Part shown: piece after piece, positions 49,775 through 61,461 of the stretch
Layout: the number at the start of each line of letters is the position of its first letter
Numbering within the stretch: the stretch's first letter is position 1
NCBI GenBank assembly: GCA_030295235.1
Contig: AP026141.1
Location: 186,001-250,000 of the forward strand
Direction: 5' to 3'
Source: Fistulifera solaris
Taxonomy: Eukaryota
Length of the DNA: 64,000 bases
Notes under the pieces: model-generated
Database searches by the model: none
Seen by the model: only the letters and a program-made list of their open reading frames with translations
What the model was told of the DNA's origin: nothing
Position numbers and translations under genes: made by a program

Positions 49775-50222
49775 CAAACGAATGATCTATCTGTAACGTT
49801 TCATTTCAAAAAGCAATGGCGACACGCGCAAATGGATGCATTCAAAATGAGTTATATCCGGGTTTCCCTTTGTCGATAAATTTCCTTACCGAGATCTACG
49901 TTGTTTCTACGTATGGACATTACAAACGTTCCATTTCAATGGTCCTCTGGGTTGATTTGCACCGAAAACAATCAGTTGGAGTTTAATTATGCGCCGACAC
50001 AAGCGAATGATTAATCTGTAACGTTTCGATACAAAAAAGCCATGGCGACTCGCGAAAATGGATGCATTCAAAAATGAGGTTTTTCCGGGTTTCCCTCTGT
50101 TGATAAATTTCCTTACCGAGATCTACGTGGTTTTTACGTGTGGACATTACAAACGTTCCATTTGAATGGTCCTCTGGGTTGATTTGCACAAAAAAAACAC
50201 TTATTTGGAGTTGTATTATGTG
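49775..50222. repeat. Diverged tandem duplication, two ~225-bp copies, upstream of the rhodanese gene
   Basis: Shared blocks ATCTGTAACGTTTC, AAATGGATGCATTCAAAA, GATAAATTTCCTTACCGAGATCTACGT and TGGACATTACAAACGTTCCATTT occur with an offset of about 225 bp. Confidence 0.92.
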
Positions 50223-50625
50223 CATTAACATTAGGTAATTCGATGTTTAGTCTATGCAGATGAGGGAAAGCTTGGTATTTTTTCTTGATAGATGCACTTA
50301 GATTCGTGACTGTAATGACGCAGTCGTTCGGTTGTTGATGGAAGACTAATGGGCCTTCAGTCTACCGTAAAATAAGAATAGACAGCAATTTCCAGGAGTG
50401 TTTCGGAGACTCTTTGCTTTTGAAGATGAAACAAGAAACACTCCATTTTGCGGACGGACCATAAAGCTCCAACTCATGCCCTTCTTTCTGAATTTCCTTT
50501 TCGCTTGAATGTGTCTTGAGCACCAAATGTACTTGACAACGTATTTTCATCTCTTCATATGCAAGACAGAGGGGTAAATATGCAGAGCGTTGAATGGCAG
50601 TGAATTTGATCGTCCGGGAGGGGAG

Positions 50626-51998
50626 CTATTTCTGCTTCTGACTCGGTTTCCGTGACGGTGGCACTGGTATCTGGCAAAGCTTTGCGTATTGCTGGTGTTG
50701 CTTCCGTCGTCTCATCCGCACTAAAACAAGTGTTACAACCAAACATACTGCGAAAAGCCATGCACTAATCGAAGAAAAGGTTCTACGGCTTGTCTCTGTA
50801 ACATTTGGCTGCAATCTGGCTCGCAGTTGTCGCAAAACGCATCCCAAGAACGAGTATCCGCGTTCAAGTTGTAGGCCGGGTTTTCCCATTCCGTGAAACC
50901 ATGATATACACCGGCATACCGTGAAATCTCCCACTCATCCGCTGCCTGAAAAGCACTTTCTAACACGCTTTGATTTCCATGAGCATCATCTGAGCCACCC
51001 GATAAGACAAGAACATAAGGATGGATAGGAGATACCCGATCCTGCGATGGCAAATACTTGGGTTGCAATCCCCCGTGAAACGCTGTGGCAACTTGCAGAC
51101 CCGGTTGTGTCTTTGTCAGCACGTACTGAATCACGCCCGTTCCTCCGAAACAATATCCCGCCAATCCCAACCGTGTTGGATCCACAAACGGTAAGCTCGC
51201 AACGTAATCCAGAGCATATTGAATCCTCTGCAAATAGTCGTCGACGTGCGTTTCGCGATAATACGTTGACTGCTGGATCATCTGTTGCAACGTCAAGTTG
51301 TGATGCAAGTCCTTGCCGTAGATATCCGCCGCCATGGCCACCAAGCCTTCGTTGGCTAGTAATTGAATGCGTTGCTGTTCGTACAAGTTGACGCCATCCC
51401 AATTGGGAAGCAGAACAACGGCAGGATAGCGCCGGCTGTGTGACGACGCTGGTACGGCAAGATATCCTTCCAGAAGAGGATTTGTGGAAGGATACGAAAT
51501 AGTCTGTATGTTGGATACATCGTGCGAGGGTACTTGCTTCTTAAGAGGATCCCACGCCTGCTGAAAGAAATGAATGAGACTTTCCCATGGAATTTCGGTA
51601 GATTGATAGCGCGTAATCTCCCAAACCAAATCGTTTTGATTTTTGAGCATGTCTTCCATTTGCATGATTTTCAAAGCCGGATATTGCTCAAAATGTGATA
51701 ATACTAGGAGGCGTGTCGCACGTATGTTCTGTATCCAGTCATCCGAGGGCGACTTCATCAAAGCAACGACGGTGGATTGGGCGCATGCGACAGCAGCGGC
51801 TTCCGTGCCGCACGCGATGACACCTTTCACTTGACTCTGAATGTGTTGAGGAATCATTTCCCACCGAAAACCAGAGTCTACTACAACAACGTACAAAGTG
51901 AAGTGTGCCGATAATTCTTTCGTCGAGAAGCTCTCCCTGGTTTGCAATTCGTAGACGTTAAAACAAGAACGAAAGGCAGAAGCATGGGGAGAACGCAA
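50626..51998 (-). CDS. Dienelactone-hydrolase-family alpha/beta hydrolase with a C-terminal transmembrane anchor; frameshift near 50836, 5' exon uncertain (possibly ~52095)
   Basis: PAVVLLPNWDG, AADIYG, GYCFGG nucleophile motif, FHG, YAGVYHGFT, ADTRSW. Adding one T gives ..SISAWLFAVCLVVTLVLVRMRRRK. Confidence 0.8.
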
Positions 51999-52725
51999 GC
52001 GGTTTCACTTACGAGGACGACGAGATCAAAAGTACGACGAGAGGTGCAACAGGATCCTCATGTGCGATCAGATAGGGGGCTTGTGGGCTAGTCATGTCTT
52101 GTTGATATTGGTTGTACGAACAATCATCATTCAATAGATTGCTTAAATAAAGCGCAATAGATAATAGATTGCTTTATTATCATGGTGCAATAAAATTAGT
52201 CAAGGCGGCGCTTGTGATTGCGATTGTTTTTTATATATAAGTCAAGGAGTACCCATCAGCACACTTATAAGGTATAGTGAGTTAGGAATGGTACTTTGAC
52301 TCCTATAGTGCTATTTGATCGAATGTGATACCAATACCATATCGACTAAAAATGGATGAGATAGGTTGGAACACGTCAAGGCATTAGGCATTGGCATGTT
52401 CTATCAATCAAAATGCTTCTCTTGGATCAATTACCTGCCGGCTTGCAACGCCGGGGAGGTCCGAGATCTATCGTACTGAGCTCAGATGAAACGGCGCGAG
52501 TTTTCATGCATCCAGCCCTACATAAGCATTCAAACGATCCCATTTCAATTTACTAAGAGACGACCCACATTCATTAAGTCAAACTAACTATTGCACAGGA
52601 ATGCAATCCCGTTGACGCGTAGATTCAAATGAACCCAATTGCCTGTGACGTTCGTTGGAGCAATGCTGTGCCGTCCACTTGGGTTTGCCCAAATCTCTCA
52701 CAATAAATGATTTGCAGCAAAAACC

Positions 52726-54180
52726 ATGCATTTGACATTCAGCCGATTCATCTTAGCCGCCCTCGTGGCAGAAGCAACGACCAAAGGAGAAGAGACGTTG
52801 CCCATGCGTAGCCCTTTTCGTGTGGCAACCAGAGTTCATGAGATGCCGGCAAAAAGCGGTAAAGATAATGCAGGCTTATTTGCAAACGTGGAAGAGTAAG
52901 TGCCACAATTCCTTTCGTCTCGTTATTGCATCGGCTCTTGCTCACTGATATGAAAGCTTTGTTGACAGGTTTGTACTGGAGACTGCAATGTCCATGCCTG
53001 ATAAAGATCAACCTTCCAATCGCCCGACGCCGTCACCGGTGGTATCACCGACAGTAGCCACGGATGCACCTGTTACAGCTCCTAAAACGCCTGCACCGAG
53101 CATTGGCGTAACTGACGTTTCAAATCATCCCAGTCCGGATATCCCCTATGCGACGACTATCCCTACTGTTGTCCATGTTGCAACGAGCAGTCCGGTTGCG
53201 GTGACCGTTCACCCTTCTAAGTCTCCGGTAGTCTCGAAACCATCGCATGTGCCGATTCCGACCGCTATACAACCTACCGAGCATCCGGCGGCTCCATTTG
53301 CTCCACCGGTAGCTATTCCTGTCACCGCGTGGCCTTCAAAGCAACATTCGGCGTCTCTTGCTCCGTCGACTTTCGTGGTGCCTTCGCTGAAACCTGTAGC
53401 GCTGACTACTTTGACGCCTTCCGTAGGCGATCCCAGTCAGCCTGTGGCGGCCACCGAATCCGTTTTTACATGTGCCAATGGTGGAGTAACATATGCGATT
53501 CCGCCGTTTCAAGCTGAAGCGGTTGATATTTCGGTTGGGTATGAGGTTGAGTCGTCGCTGCCGTTTGAAGCATTTCGAGAGCAGATGGAGAAGCTGATTC
53601 TGGATTCTATCTTGGTTGGTGCGTTGGAATGTGGACGGCTCGACGTAGAAGGGACTGTGTCCATGGACACCAGTATCACTGGTGGCAGCTGTCTATCTCA
53701 AGTCGATCCGTTGAATGATTGTGTTTTGGCACAGACATCTGCCACATTGCTACTAGTCGGTGAACTCATTGATCCCCCCATAGCACGCTTCCTCGCTTAT
53801 GTGAAACTGCAAGGTGACATGGAGACGTATCACGAACGTCTAGACGGCGTTGCTCGTGTAGCATATTCAAGTCCGGAACTCCTGACTGTGCCAGAAATTT
53901 CAGAGCCAGATGTTCCCAATGGGCAAGGTACTTTACAAGCGGACAATGAGCGTTTGTCAACTTCTCCGTGGACAATCGGTTCCGCCCTTGTTATCTGTAA
54001 GTATCGTTTGAATTGTTTGTGTTTCTTTTCATGTTTTCTGACTTGGTGACCTTCGCGTTAGGTATCGGTGGAATCATTTCCCTTTGGGCTTGGGCGCGCA
54101 ATCGTCACACGCGTAACCAACGACACATTAACCTTCTCGAGGGTGCATCAGAACTGTCACCAGATACAATGCAATCCTGA
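52726..54180 (+). CDS. Type I membrane protein with a Pro/Thr/Ser-rich mucin-like stalk; introns 52896-52968 and 53997-54061
   Basis: Spliced in frame: signal MHLTFSRFILAALVAEA, PTS-rich region, Cys-containing domain, TM PWTIGSALVIC|IGGIISLWAW, tail ARNRHTRNQRH..QS*. Confidence 0.8.
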
Positions 54181-54365
54181 ATGCGAGCAGAAAGTCCGTA
54201 ACCCCGTCACAAGAATGACTATATACTGTATTCACTTTTCGCGCTTGTCCGTAGTTTTCGAAGGAGAATCACTTCATTTCATCTGTTTAATCGGCCCCTG
54301 GGTCATACGTCAGTAGTTTTCTTATCTGACATCAAAACTGTCTCAAACAGCTTTTCTACCTTCTC

Positions 54366-57300
54366 CTATGTGTCGCGGAGCATGTCACCGGGTGCTTGTC
54401 TGAGGATTTTGGTACAGTAGTCGTTTTCAGCCGTTTCGTCTCCCTTAAGTTCAAACCATTCCCAAAAAGGAATAGAGATTACTTTCCATCCCAAAGAACA
54501 CAAGAGTCTCTGCTTAAGTGCGGTGGGCCCATTAATCAAGTGTCTTTCGCCAGTCCACATGTATTGATATTCGAGCTTCCCTTTCTTTACTTTCGTGTAA
54601 CCCCGCCCTTCTTCTTCCTTTTGAATAGCTCCATCAATGTGCGCAACGAAGTGAGCTGGACCGTCAACCTCAATTGCTATCTTTTGGTCCACATCCGCGA
54701 TATCGATGGATAATATTTCGACAGGTTTGGGAGCGAAATTAATACCATGGTTGTGTGCCATCTCCTCCATCGTAATGACGTGCTCTTCTACATGATGAAA
54801 ACCTATCCTGGAAAAGGCGCTGGATACTGCTCGCTGCATTTTGCTCGTACTTAGATTGAGCTCGTCAAAAGTGTCGGTCATGTGATCGTTTCGTGATGGA
54901 GCAATCTGTTTCCAGCCCTCTGGGAAATTAGCGGGCAGCGACTTCTTCCGCTTGTTGTCAGACAAGTCGAGGGCGGCTTGCACGTACAACAATGTCATAA
55001 TGGCCTGTGGCTGTAAGCCATCGTCACCATGTATTTCCGCCATGAATAATGCGTCCTCATCCGTAGTGGACCCAAGAAGACCTGTGTACAAGATATCCAT
55101 TAACTTGGGGGGATATTCTCCGAAAACCGCGCAAGCCCAAGCCGTGTTCGCCAACTCTTGCCTTTTGAAGGTATTTGCAATACTCACAGCCGTTAGTTCC
55201 TTGTTTCTACCCTTGCATATCGCTTGAATATAAGGGGTGACGCTCCGAATTAGGTCCCCCGCCTGTATATTAAGAGTTGCCAGCGCCCACAATACATTTG
55301 CCACCTCTTGGCCTTTGACTTGCGTCATCCCGTTGATCTCACCTCCGGTATACCGAGATGTACGTTTTGAAAGCTCCTTCTTGATCTCTTCCATGAACGA
55401 AGAGTGCTGAAGACCTAGTACTGCAAACGCCCACGCGCTATTAGCTAAATCTTGTGGCTTGCATCGTTGCATCATCTGGTTACGCAGGTAAGCGTCCGCC
55501 AGTTCATTGAACAAACGATGCAAAAGAGTTTCACCCACATCCAAGTAACTCGTTGTGTACACTGCCAAGCGACCATTACTTGCAGCGAGCGCCGAGGACG
55601 CCTTCAAACGATCTCCGACATCCGCTGCCAATTGTGCGTGCCTAGCGTAAGACAAAGCCATATTTCCCAGTCCTTGGGCAGAGAAATCACCAAAACCTCG
55701 CGGGATAAAATTCGGATCGCCTTCGTCTTCTCCACCAACGATGTGCTGAGCTACAAATTTGAACAGCTGTGGGTGTCGAATACCGATCTTCGCAAAGCTC
55801 CATAACACATCTTTTATTTCTTGCGTCTTGAACTCGTGCGGTCGCCTCATCAATTCCTTTGCTGCCATTGCAAATGTCAAAACAGCTGGATCACGGATCA
55901 TCGGCCGAAGATCTTCTGGTACAAGCGATGTATCAAAGGCATCGCGCTCCGGACCGACTTGAATTTCTGCAGTTGCTAATGCCCATACAGTGTTACTTAG
56001 CTCCTGTGGCTTGTACGTATGAACTTTGCTCGGCTCCAGTCGGGCCGCAAGAGTTCGGTAGAGAGATTTGTTGACTACCTCCAGCGTCGCCAGACTCCAA
56101 AGGGTGGTACCAATATCCTGGGATGTGATAAAACGCCTTTCATTCGACAACTGCTGACCGATGCCATCCAAGACCAGCTGCAGATGCGGTTGGGATTTTA
56201 CAAAGTCACCGTCTACCAGCCTGGCAATACTCCACGCAAGATTGTTTAATTCTTGCGCACGGAATCTCGGTAATAGAGGTATAGACGAGCGCACTATTTC
56301 TAGCAGCGCATCACGCATCATCTCACAATCACCTTCTGGATCTCCCGACCCAAGCACAACATAATTGCTGTTGCTGTTGACGGAGGGCTCGGCAATCGAA
56401 GGGCCAATGCCAAATCCCATTGTGGCCATTGCCCAAGCGGAGTTACTAAGCTCTTGTGATTTGAACGTTGCCGTTCCTTTTCTTGTGATATACAAGGCCG
56501 CAGATCGAATAATTGAAAGCGCAGCTTGATCCTCACGCCGACGATTGACAATGTCCGCTTCTCCTGTCGGCTGATTCTTGTGGGTAAGGGACAGCAACGT
56601 GGCCAAGCTCCAGACTGTATTGGACATTTCTTGCGGTTTAAAGCGATCGCAAAATTTCGGATATGCTTCCATCAAGTTTGCGACGAATTCCAAGAGTTCT
56701 ACATAGACTTCGAGATTGTCTAGTTGTGCGGTTGCGATTGCCCATAAGGAATTGGACCATTCTTGTGGTTGAAGATCATCGATGGCATTAGGCTTTTCCA
56801 AAAGCTGTTGGTTTTGAGACATCATTTGCTTCAAGACCACATCAAATTTGCTTGAATCCACCCGACTAACAGTTGACCATGACCATAGCAAATTGGCGTA
56901 CTCTTGCATTTGGAAAGCCTGTCCTCCTTTCTTACGACATGCTGCATCGGCCGTGAATCCAATATGATCAAGAATATGACCTGATAGTTTGGATAACACT
57001 GGTATCCACGTAGCTTCTGCGTCGTGTTGCCCATTTCGTCGCTTAGCAGCCATCTCTACAACTTCCTTTCGAATTTGCGAAGCACACGCCGTCATTTGCA
57101 TCAGAGTATCGTTCTGGTCGGCCATCGGAACGACTTTGCTGGGTGGTGGAAGCCTTAGTTTCGCAAGGGCCCATCCGATGTTCGAAATCTCTCTCGATTG
57201 AAACTGATTTTCTTGTATTGCTTCAGCCAAACTCGCCAAAAGCAGAGCAAACCGTGGATCGGCCAAAATTTGCGCTCTCATTTCTTGTTTGCCGACCGAG

Positions 57301-57785
57301 TGACGAGCCAAACGATGAAAGGATGTACTAAAGTTGACAGAATTGAGAGACCCACCCGCGGCTTTTTTGGTGATTCCAGCGTTTTGTAGAACTTTAAGAA
57401 GCGAAGGGGCGTCGGCACATTGTACAATCTTCTGATTCAATTCGCGATTTTCAAAACTGTATCGCCTCGCCTGTCTTTGCGGTGATACCGACTTGGATTG
57501 TTGTTTCCTAGTTGTTACGTTGTTCTCTTGACCGTTTGAGGTTGACTTCAGGGACATCAGAGTAAAAGGCTTTGATTCGATCCGTATTGAATTAAACATT
57601 CTTCGCTTCGCGTCTGTGCAGACGCCCAATCCATGTGAATTGTGTAACAGAAAAGTCCAAAGAATCAGCAGCACTAGCAACCAAAAACGAAAGGCAGGGA
57701 CCCCTCTTGTCGAATTTGTCGGTAGACTCATGCTTCTGTTCGGTTTCTGATTTGAAGGAAGACTACCTAGTATATAAATTGTCAT
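54366..57785 (-). CDS. Helical-repeat (OPR/FASTK-like) RNA-binding protein with a C-terminal RAP domain, probably organelle-targeted
   Basis: Many repeats of F/Y.xQE(L/M)SN..W(A/S).A.L. RAP domain IAIEVDGPAHF..TALKQRLL..LGWKVISIPFWEW. Hydrophobic N-terminal segment (alternative start at 57731). Confidence 0.9.
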   Translation of the reverse strand: MTIYILGSLPSNQKPNRSMSLPTNSTRGVPAFRFWLLVLLILWTFLLHNSHGLGVCTDAKRRMFNSIRIESKPFTLMSLKSTSNGQENNVTTRKQQSKSVSPQRQARRYSFENRELNQKIVQCADAPSLLKVLQNAGITKKAAGGSLNSVNFSTSFHRLARHSVGKQEMRAQILADPRFALLLASLAEAIQENQFQSREISNIGWALAKLRLPPPSKVVPMADQNDTLMQMTACASQIRKEVVEMAAKRRNGQHDAEATWIPVLSKLSGHILDHIGFTADAACRKKGGQAFQMQEYANLLWSWSTVSRVDSSKFDVVLKQMMSQNQQLLEKPNAIDDLQPQEWSNSLWAIATAQLDNLEVYVELLEFVANLMEAYPKFCDRFKPQEMSNTVWSLATLLSLTHKNQPTGEADIVNRRREDQAALSIIRSAALYITRKGTATFKSQELSNSAWAMATMGFGIGPSIAEPSVNSNSNYVVLGSGDPEGDCEMMRDALLEIVRSSIPLLPRFRAQELNNLAWSIARLVDGDFVKSQPHLQLVLDGIGQQLSNERRFITSQDIGTTLWSLATLEVVNKSLYRTLAARLEPSKVHTYKPQELSNTVWALATAEIQVGPERDAFDTSLVPEDLRPMIRDPAVLTFAMAAKELMRRPHEFKTQEIKDVLWSFAKIGIRHPQLFKFVAQHIVGGEDEGDPNFIPRGFGDFSAQGLGNMALSYARHAQLAADVGDRLKASSALAASNGRLAVYTTSYLDVGETLLHRLFNELADAYLRNQMMQRCKPQDLANSAWAFAVLGLQHSSFMEEIKKELSKRTSRYTGGEINGMTQVKGQEVANVLWALATLNIQAGDLIRSVTPYIQAICKGRNKELTAVSIANTFKRQELANTAWACAVFGEYPPKLMDILYTGLLGSTTDEDALFMAEIHGDDGLQPQAIMTLLYVQAALDLSDNKRKKSLPANFPEGWKQIAPSRNDHMTDTFDELNLSTSKMQRAVSSAFSRIGFHHVEEHVITMEEMAHNHGINFAPKPVEILSIDIADVDQKIAIEVDGPAHFVAHIDGAIQKEEEGRGYTKVKKGKLEYQYMWTGERHLINGPTALKQRLLCSLGWKVISIPFWEWFELKGDETAENDYCTKILRQAPGDMLRDT

Positions 57786-58019
57786 TTTGCGAGAAAGTTA
57801 ACATCGGTCTTCCGTCTCCTGGCAATAAAGTTCTTGCAAATCAATGGAAAAATACATCAAAGCGAAAACGCTCGTGATTATATTCCTTCATTCTTCATTC
57901 GGTGGTCCTCACTGCAACTCGGTCTCGAGTGAGGATAGGGGTACGGAATCAGGAATCTCAAAGACTATAGTCGCGAAAGTTGCTTTGTTCCGGAAAGAGG
58001 AAAGAATTGGAAATCGTAT

Positions 58020-58362
58020 TAGTGATTGCTCCCGGGATGGGAATTTCCCGTTTCCCGGGAAATGCGATTCTGATTTCCCGTCCCGTTTCCCGCTCAAAGC
58101 ATCGGGAAATAACGGGACGAAATCCGTCTGTTTTCGCACGTCAAACCCCGTATTTTTGAACGTATCCTCTTGCTTTCAGCAATATCAGCCGCTGCAATAC
58201 GGGTTGGGTTAAAGTTTAGTACACAATACTCCATACTAGAGGTACGACGCACAAACCATTTCCCATCCCGTTATTTCCCGTTCCCAAGGATTGAGCTGGC
58301 CATTTCCCGTTTTCCCATCCCGGTCCTCCGAAAAGGACCGTTAGGACCGGGAGCAATCACTA
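58020..58362. mobile_element. hAT-type MITE, 343 bp
   Basis: Perfect 16-bp TIRs TAGTGATTGCTCCCGG / CCGGGAGCAATCACTA. 8-bp TSD AATCGTAT at 58012-58019 and 58363-58370. Many subterminal TTTCCCG/CGGGA motifs. Confidence 0.93.
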
Positions 58363-59046
58363 AATCGTATACGGTCATTATTAACCGGTACTTCCTTCTT
58401 TTCTTTTCTACATTCAGATTGTAGATACAAACCAAATGGCAAAGAAGCCAAAAGAACTGCGACAAGTTTGCTACTGTGCAACTTGAACTTAGATCCACCA
58501 AAATAATGACGTCTGTCAACTCGACTGTCCCTCATAAAGTGGGTGATTGCTTGGTTGAAATAGGAGCAGAAATCAAGTCATCTGATTGGTCTTGAAAAGC
58601 CACGTCGACCATTCGAGAATGACTGGTGTTCGCTATCTGTCTTTGTATAGGGCATTCTGTAGAAGGAACGAAGTCAACGGTTTATCGGCCTTTCTTAGGA
58701 GGCCGTTTTATGATGTCGTATTGGTATCACGGTACAATTCGGTCAACAGTGGTTGTCCTCCAGAGTTCACAAAAAGTACGCATCAATCCTTTCAATAGCA
58801 ATGGCGAACAAACGGTGAATGAAACAGAACGCATCGGAACTGTTCTTCTTGATGTCAACTTTCGGTATGTTTTTCACGCAGGCCTACGTAATACGAGAAA
58901 ATGCCTTTCCAACGAGAAAAACAAAACGTCGCTTTGCGATGAAAAGAGAAGTGTCGCCATAATACAAGCGCGTCTTCCTACAGCCCCCCTTTGCATCAAA
59001 CTTCTTACTGCAACGAAGACACAAATAATTCATCATAGCATCCACC

Positions 59047-60066
59047 ATGGCCGAAGCAACTTACTTCCAACATCCTTTCCTTTACGAAAATGAAGTTACG
59101 GGCGGAGGCGGAGAAATAAACGACATTTCCAGACTATTCGAAGAGGAAGGAGCGGAGCAACAACTGCAGTTTCAACTGCAACAACACCGAAATCCGAATG
59201 AAGGAGGAGATTTCTTGTCGTCGAGACATCTCAATCCAAACCTTCTTTACTCTTCACAGCTGCAGCAGCAAATGGTGCAGCAGCAGAATGACCTCTTCTC
59301 CGGTACAGTCAATCAAGGCTCGAGGGACCTGGCTCAGCAGCTGTACTTGCTCGAGCAAAACACCCAACAAGTTCTGTTTCCAAGAACCAATGGATTACAG
59401 TCCTCGCTCGGCAACAAAGCTACGACGAATCCGTTGCTGAATCAACTCGGAGTTTCATCCGGGAAAGGAAAAGACGATAATTCTCTAAACTTCCCGCAAA
59501 TGAGCAACGAAGATGCGTTTCAGCGAAACGTGAACCAGCTACCGTTCACACTGGCGAATCTTCCGTTCTTCGGTGGTCCTATCGACAAGCCTGTGTTTGC
59601 GAACGACTCCTCGCTATCAACGCTAGAACACACTTGGCAATTGCAGCAGTTGCTAAATGCTAACATTCAACACCAGCAGCAAATTCAACAGCAGCCGCCG
59701 GCTGCGCCGATTGAGCCTCCTCTCCGGGCTCTCTCCGCTTACAACTTCTTCTTTCGCGATGAACGCGATCGTATTCTTAACGAGTGCGATCATGACTGGA
59801 CCGAGAGCAAGAAAGAACGACTCTTGAGTGATCATTGGAACCGTGACCGCACCAAGAAGAGAAGACATCGCAAGTCACACGGAAAGATTGACTTTACCAC
59901 TCTTTCCAAGCTCATCTCGTCGCGATGGAAAGAACTTGCGGAAGATCGTAAAGACTTCTATCGTGATGTCGCCGCCAAGGACTGGGAACGTTACCAGAAG
60001 GAACTATCTCAGTACAAGTCGGCGGCTTCCGATGTATCGGCAACTCCTTTACATGTGGTAGGCTAG
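59047..60066 (+). CDS. HMG-box transcription factor with a Gln-rich N-terminus
   Basis: PLRALSAYNFFFRDER..KRRHRKSHGKIDFTTLSKLISSRWKEL..FY.DVAAKD.ERY. Confidence 0.92.
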   Translation: MAEATYFQHPFLYENEVTGGGGEINDISRLFEEEGAEQQLQFQLQQHRNPNEGGDFLSSRHLNPNLLYSSQLQQQMVQQQNDLFSGTVNQGSRDLAQQLYLLEQNTQQVLFPRTNGLQSSLGNKATTNPLLNQLGVSSGKGKDDNSLNFPQMSNEDAFQRNVNQLPFTLANLPFFGGPIDKPVFANDSSLSTLEHTWQLQQLLNANIQHQQQIQQQPPAAPIEPPLRALSAYNFFFRDERDRILNECDHDWTESKKERLLSDHWNRDRTKKRRHRKSHGKIDFTTLSKLISSRWKELAEDRKDFYRDVAAKDWERYQKELSQYKSAASDVSATPLHVVG

Positions 60067-60792
60067 GCCCGCGGTTACTTTATGCACTATCATGCCTATT
60101 CCAGTGCGCCGCAAACAATTCCATTGCGCAGCTTTATTTTGCTTTATGACTATATAAAAGAAATGCGACTATTTACGCTTTAACAAATGCTACACCGGCT
60201 GCTTCCGTAACTTTGTAACCCAAAATAATAACATTTTGTTCGTGTTTATCTTTAGACTTATACTCTAAGGTCTAACATCATCTGCTTTTAACTTAAGATC
60301 ATGCAGATGTTGCCCTACTAGGTCCCAAATGATGTTCTTGATGTCCCTAATGTCTAAGGAGGTAGGAGGACGCATCATTCAACAAACTTCCAAGTTTCAA
60401 GAGACCGGAAATAGTGAGGGCCATTGAATAGACTTCTTTTTCCGGAAATGAGGGGTCTTTTGCAGCCCACGACATGTCGGAGTAGAGAACAATATTTGGA
60501 AAGTCTGGAGTCTTCGCTTTGCTCCTTGTTGCTCGCGAAGTCTTGAACTTTGTGATATTGTGACGGTGACAGCGGAATAGCCCTCGCGAACATTTGGGCC
60601 TTTTTGTGTTTTCCCCCTCCACAAGAGCGTTTTCGTAAAACATTAACCCTTGTAGACGCCGCTTTAACATTGAAAAAAGATCGTGCGAGCGACGATGAAG
60701 AAAAGAAGCAAAACAACAAACGAGCGACGCTTTGCACTTCTTAGCAATTTTCTTCATCTTAAGCTGCCTCTTTCGAACACTATCAAGATAAC

Positions 60793-61461
60793 ATGACGTA
60801 TCGCCTGAAATTGGCATTAATTTTGCTCCTGAGAAATCTAGGTTGGACGGCAGGGCAGTTTGGTGTTCCAAAGGCGGCCAAGACGATCGGTGTTTCGGGG
60901 GAGATGGAACCAGTGGATAGTCCCAATAATTATCCATCATTTGATCAACCACAGTCGCAAGAGGACGAGATCGATGAGGTTGTGACCGAAAGTACAGAAA
61001 AGGATAGCGTGAACGACGAAACGATCAAAGCCGCGGCAGATATCAAAGCCATGGAAAAACTTCAAAAGGACTGGCCCGAAATTCCAGATCAACTTCTTTT
61101 TGATTTAGGAGCTCTCATTCATTCAGTCAAGGAAAAAATGAACAAAGATGGAGTCGATTCTGCCTTGTTTAGCGAAGCATTAGAGGTGTCCGCCGAGCTT
61201 TCAAGCGCATTAAAAGCGAAAGAAATCGTTCTAGGAATGGAGAAAGCTCTGGAAAGCATGAAAAAGATCGATAAAGTTTTCGAAAACATTCACGGGGTCG
61301 ATCTTGTTATCTCGGATATGAAATCAAAAGGTTTTATCGAAACTGATGCCCAAGAGAAGAAGTTCCGCGAAAGGCCAGACTTACTCAAACTAGAATTGAC
61401 GAAAACAAGTTACCTTACATTCGTCGCTCTGGCCTTTGCGGGTAAATACATTGAGCGGTGA
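60793..61461 (+). CDS. Hypothetical secreted/ER protein
   Basis: Signal-peptide-like N-terminus ending AG-QFGV, helical acidic body, hydrophobic C-terminus. Confidence 0.65.
   Translation: MTYRLKLALILLLRNLGWTAGQFGVPKAAKTIGVSGEMEPVDSPNNYPSFDQPQSQEDEIDEVVTESTEKDSVNDETIKAAADIKAMEKLQKDWPEIPDQLLFDLGALIHSVKEKMNKDGVDSALFSEALEVSAELSSALKAKEIVLGMEKALESMKKIDKVFENIHGVDLVISDMKSKGFIETDAQEKKFRERPDLLKLELTKTSYLTFVALAFAGKYIER

Noticed and set aside
60347..60952. 201-aa minus-strand ORF
   Set aside because: Overlaps the more plausible plus-strand gene at 60793 and has no recognisable motif; cannot be supported.
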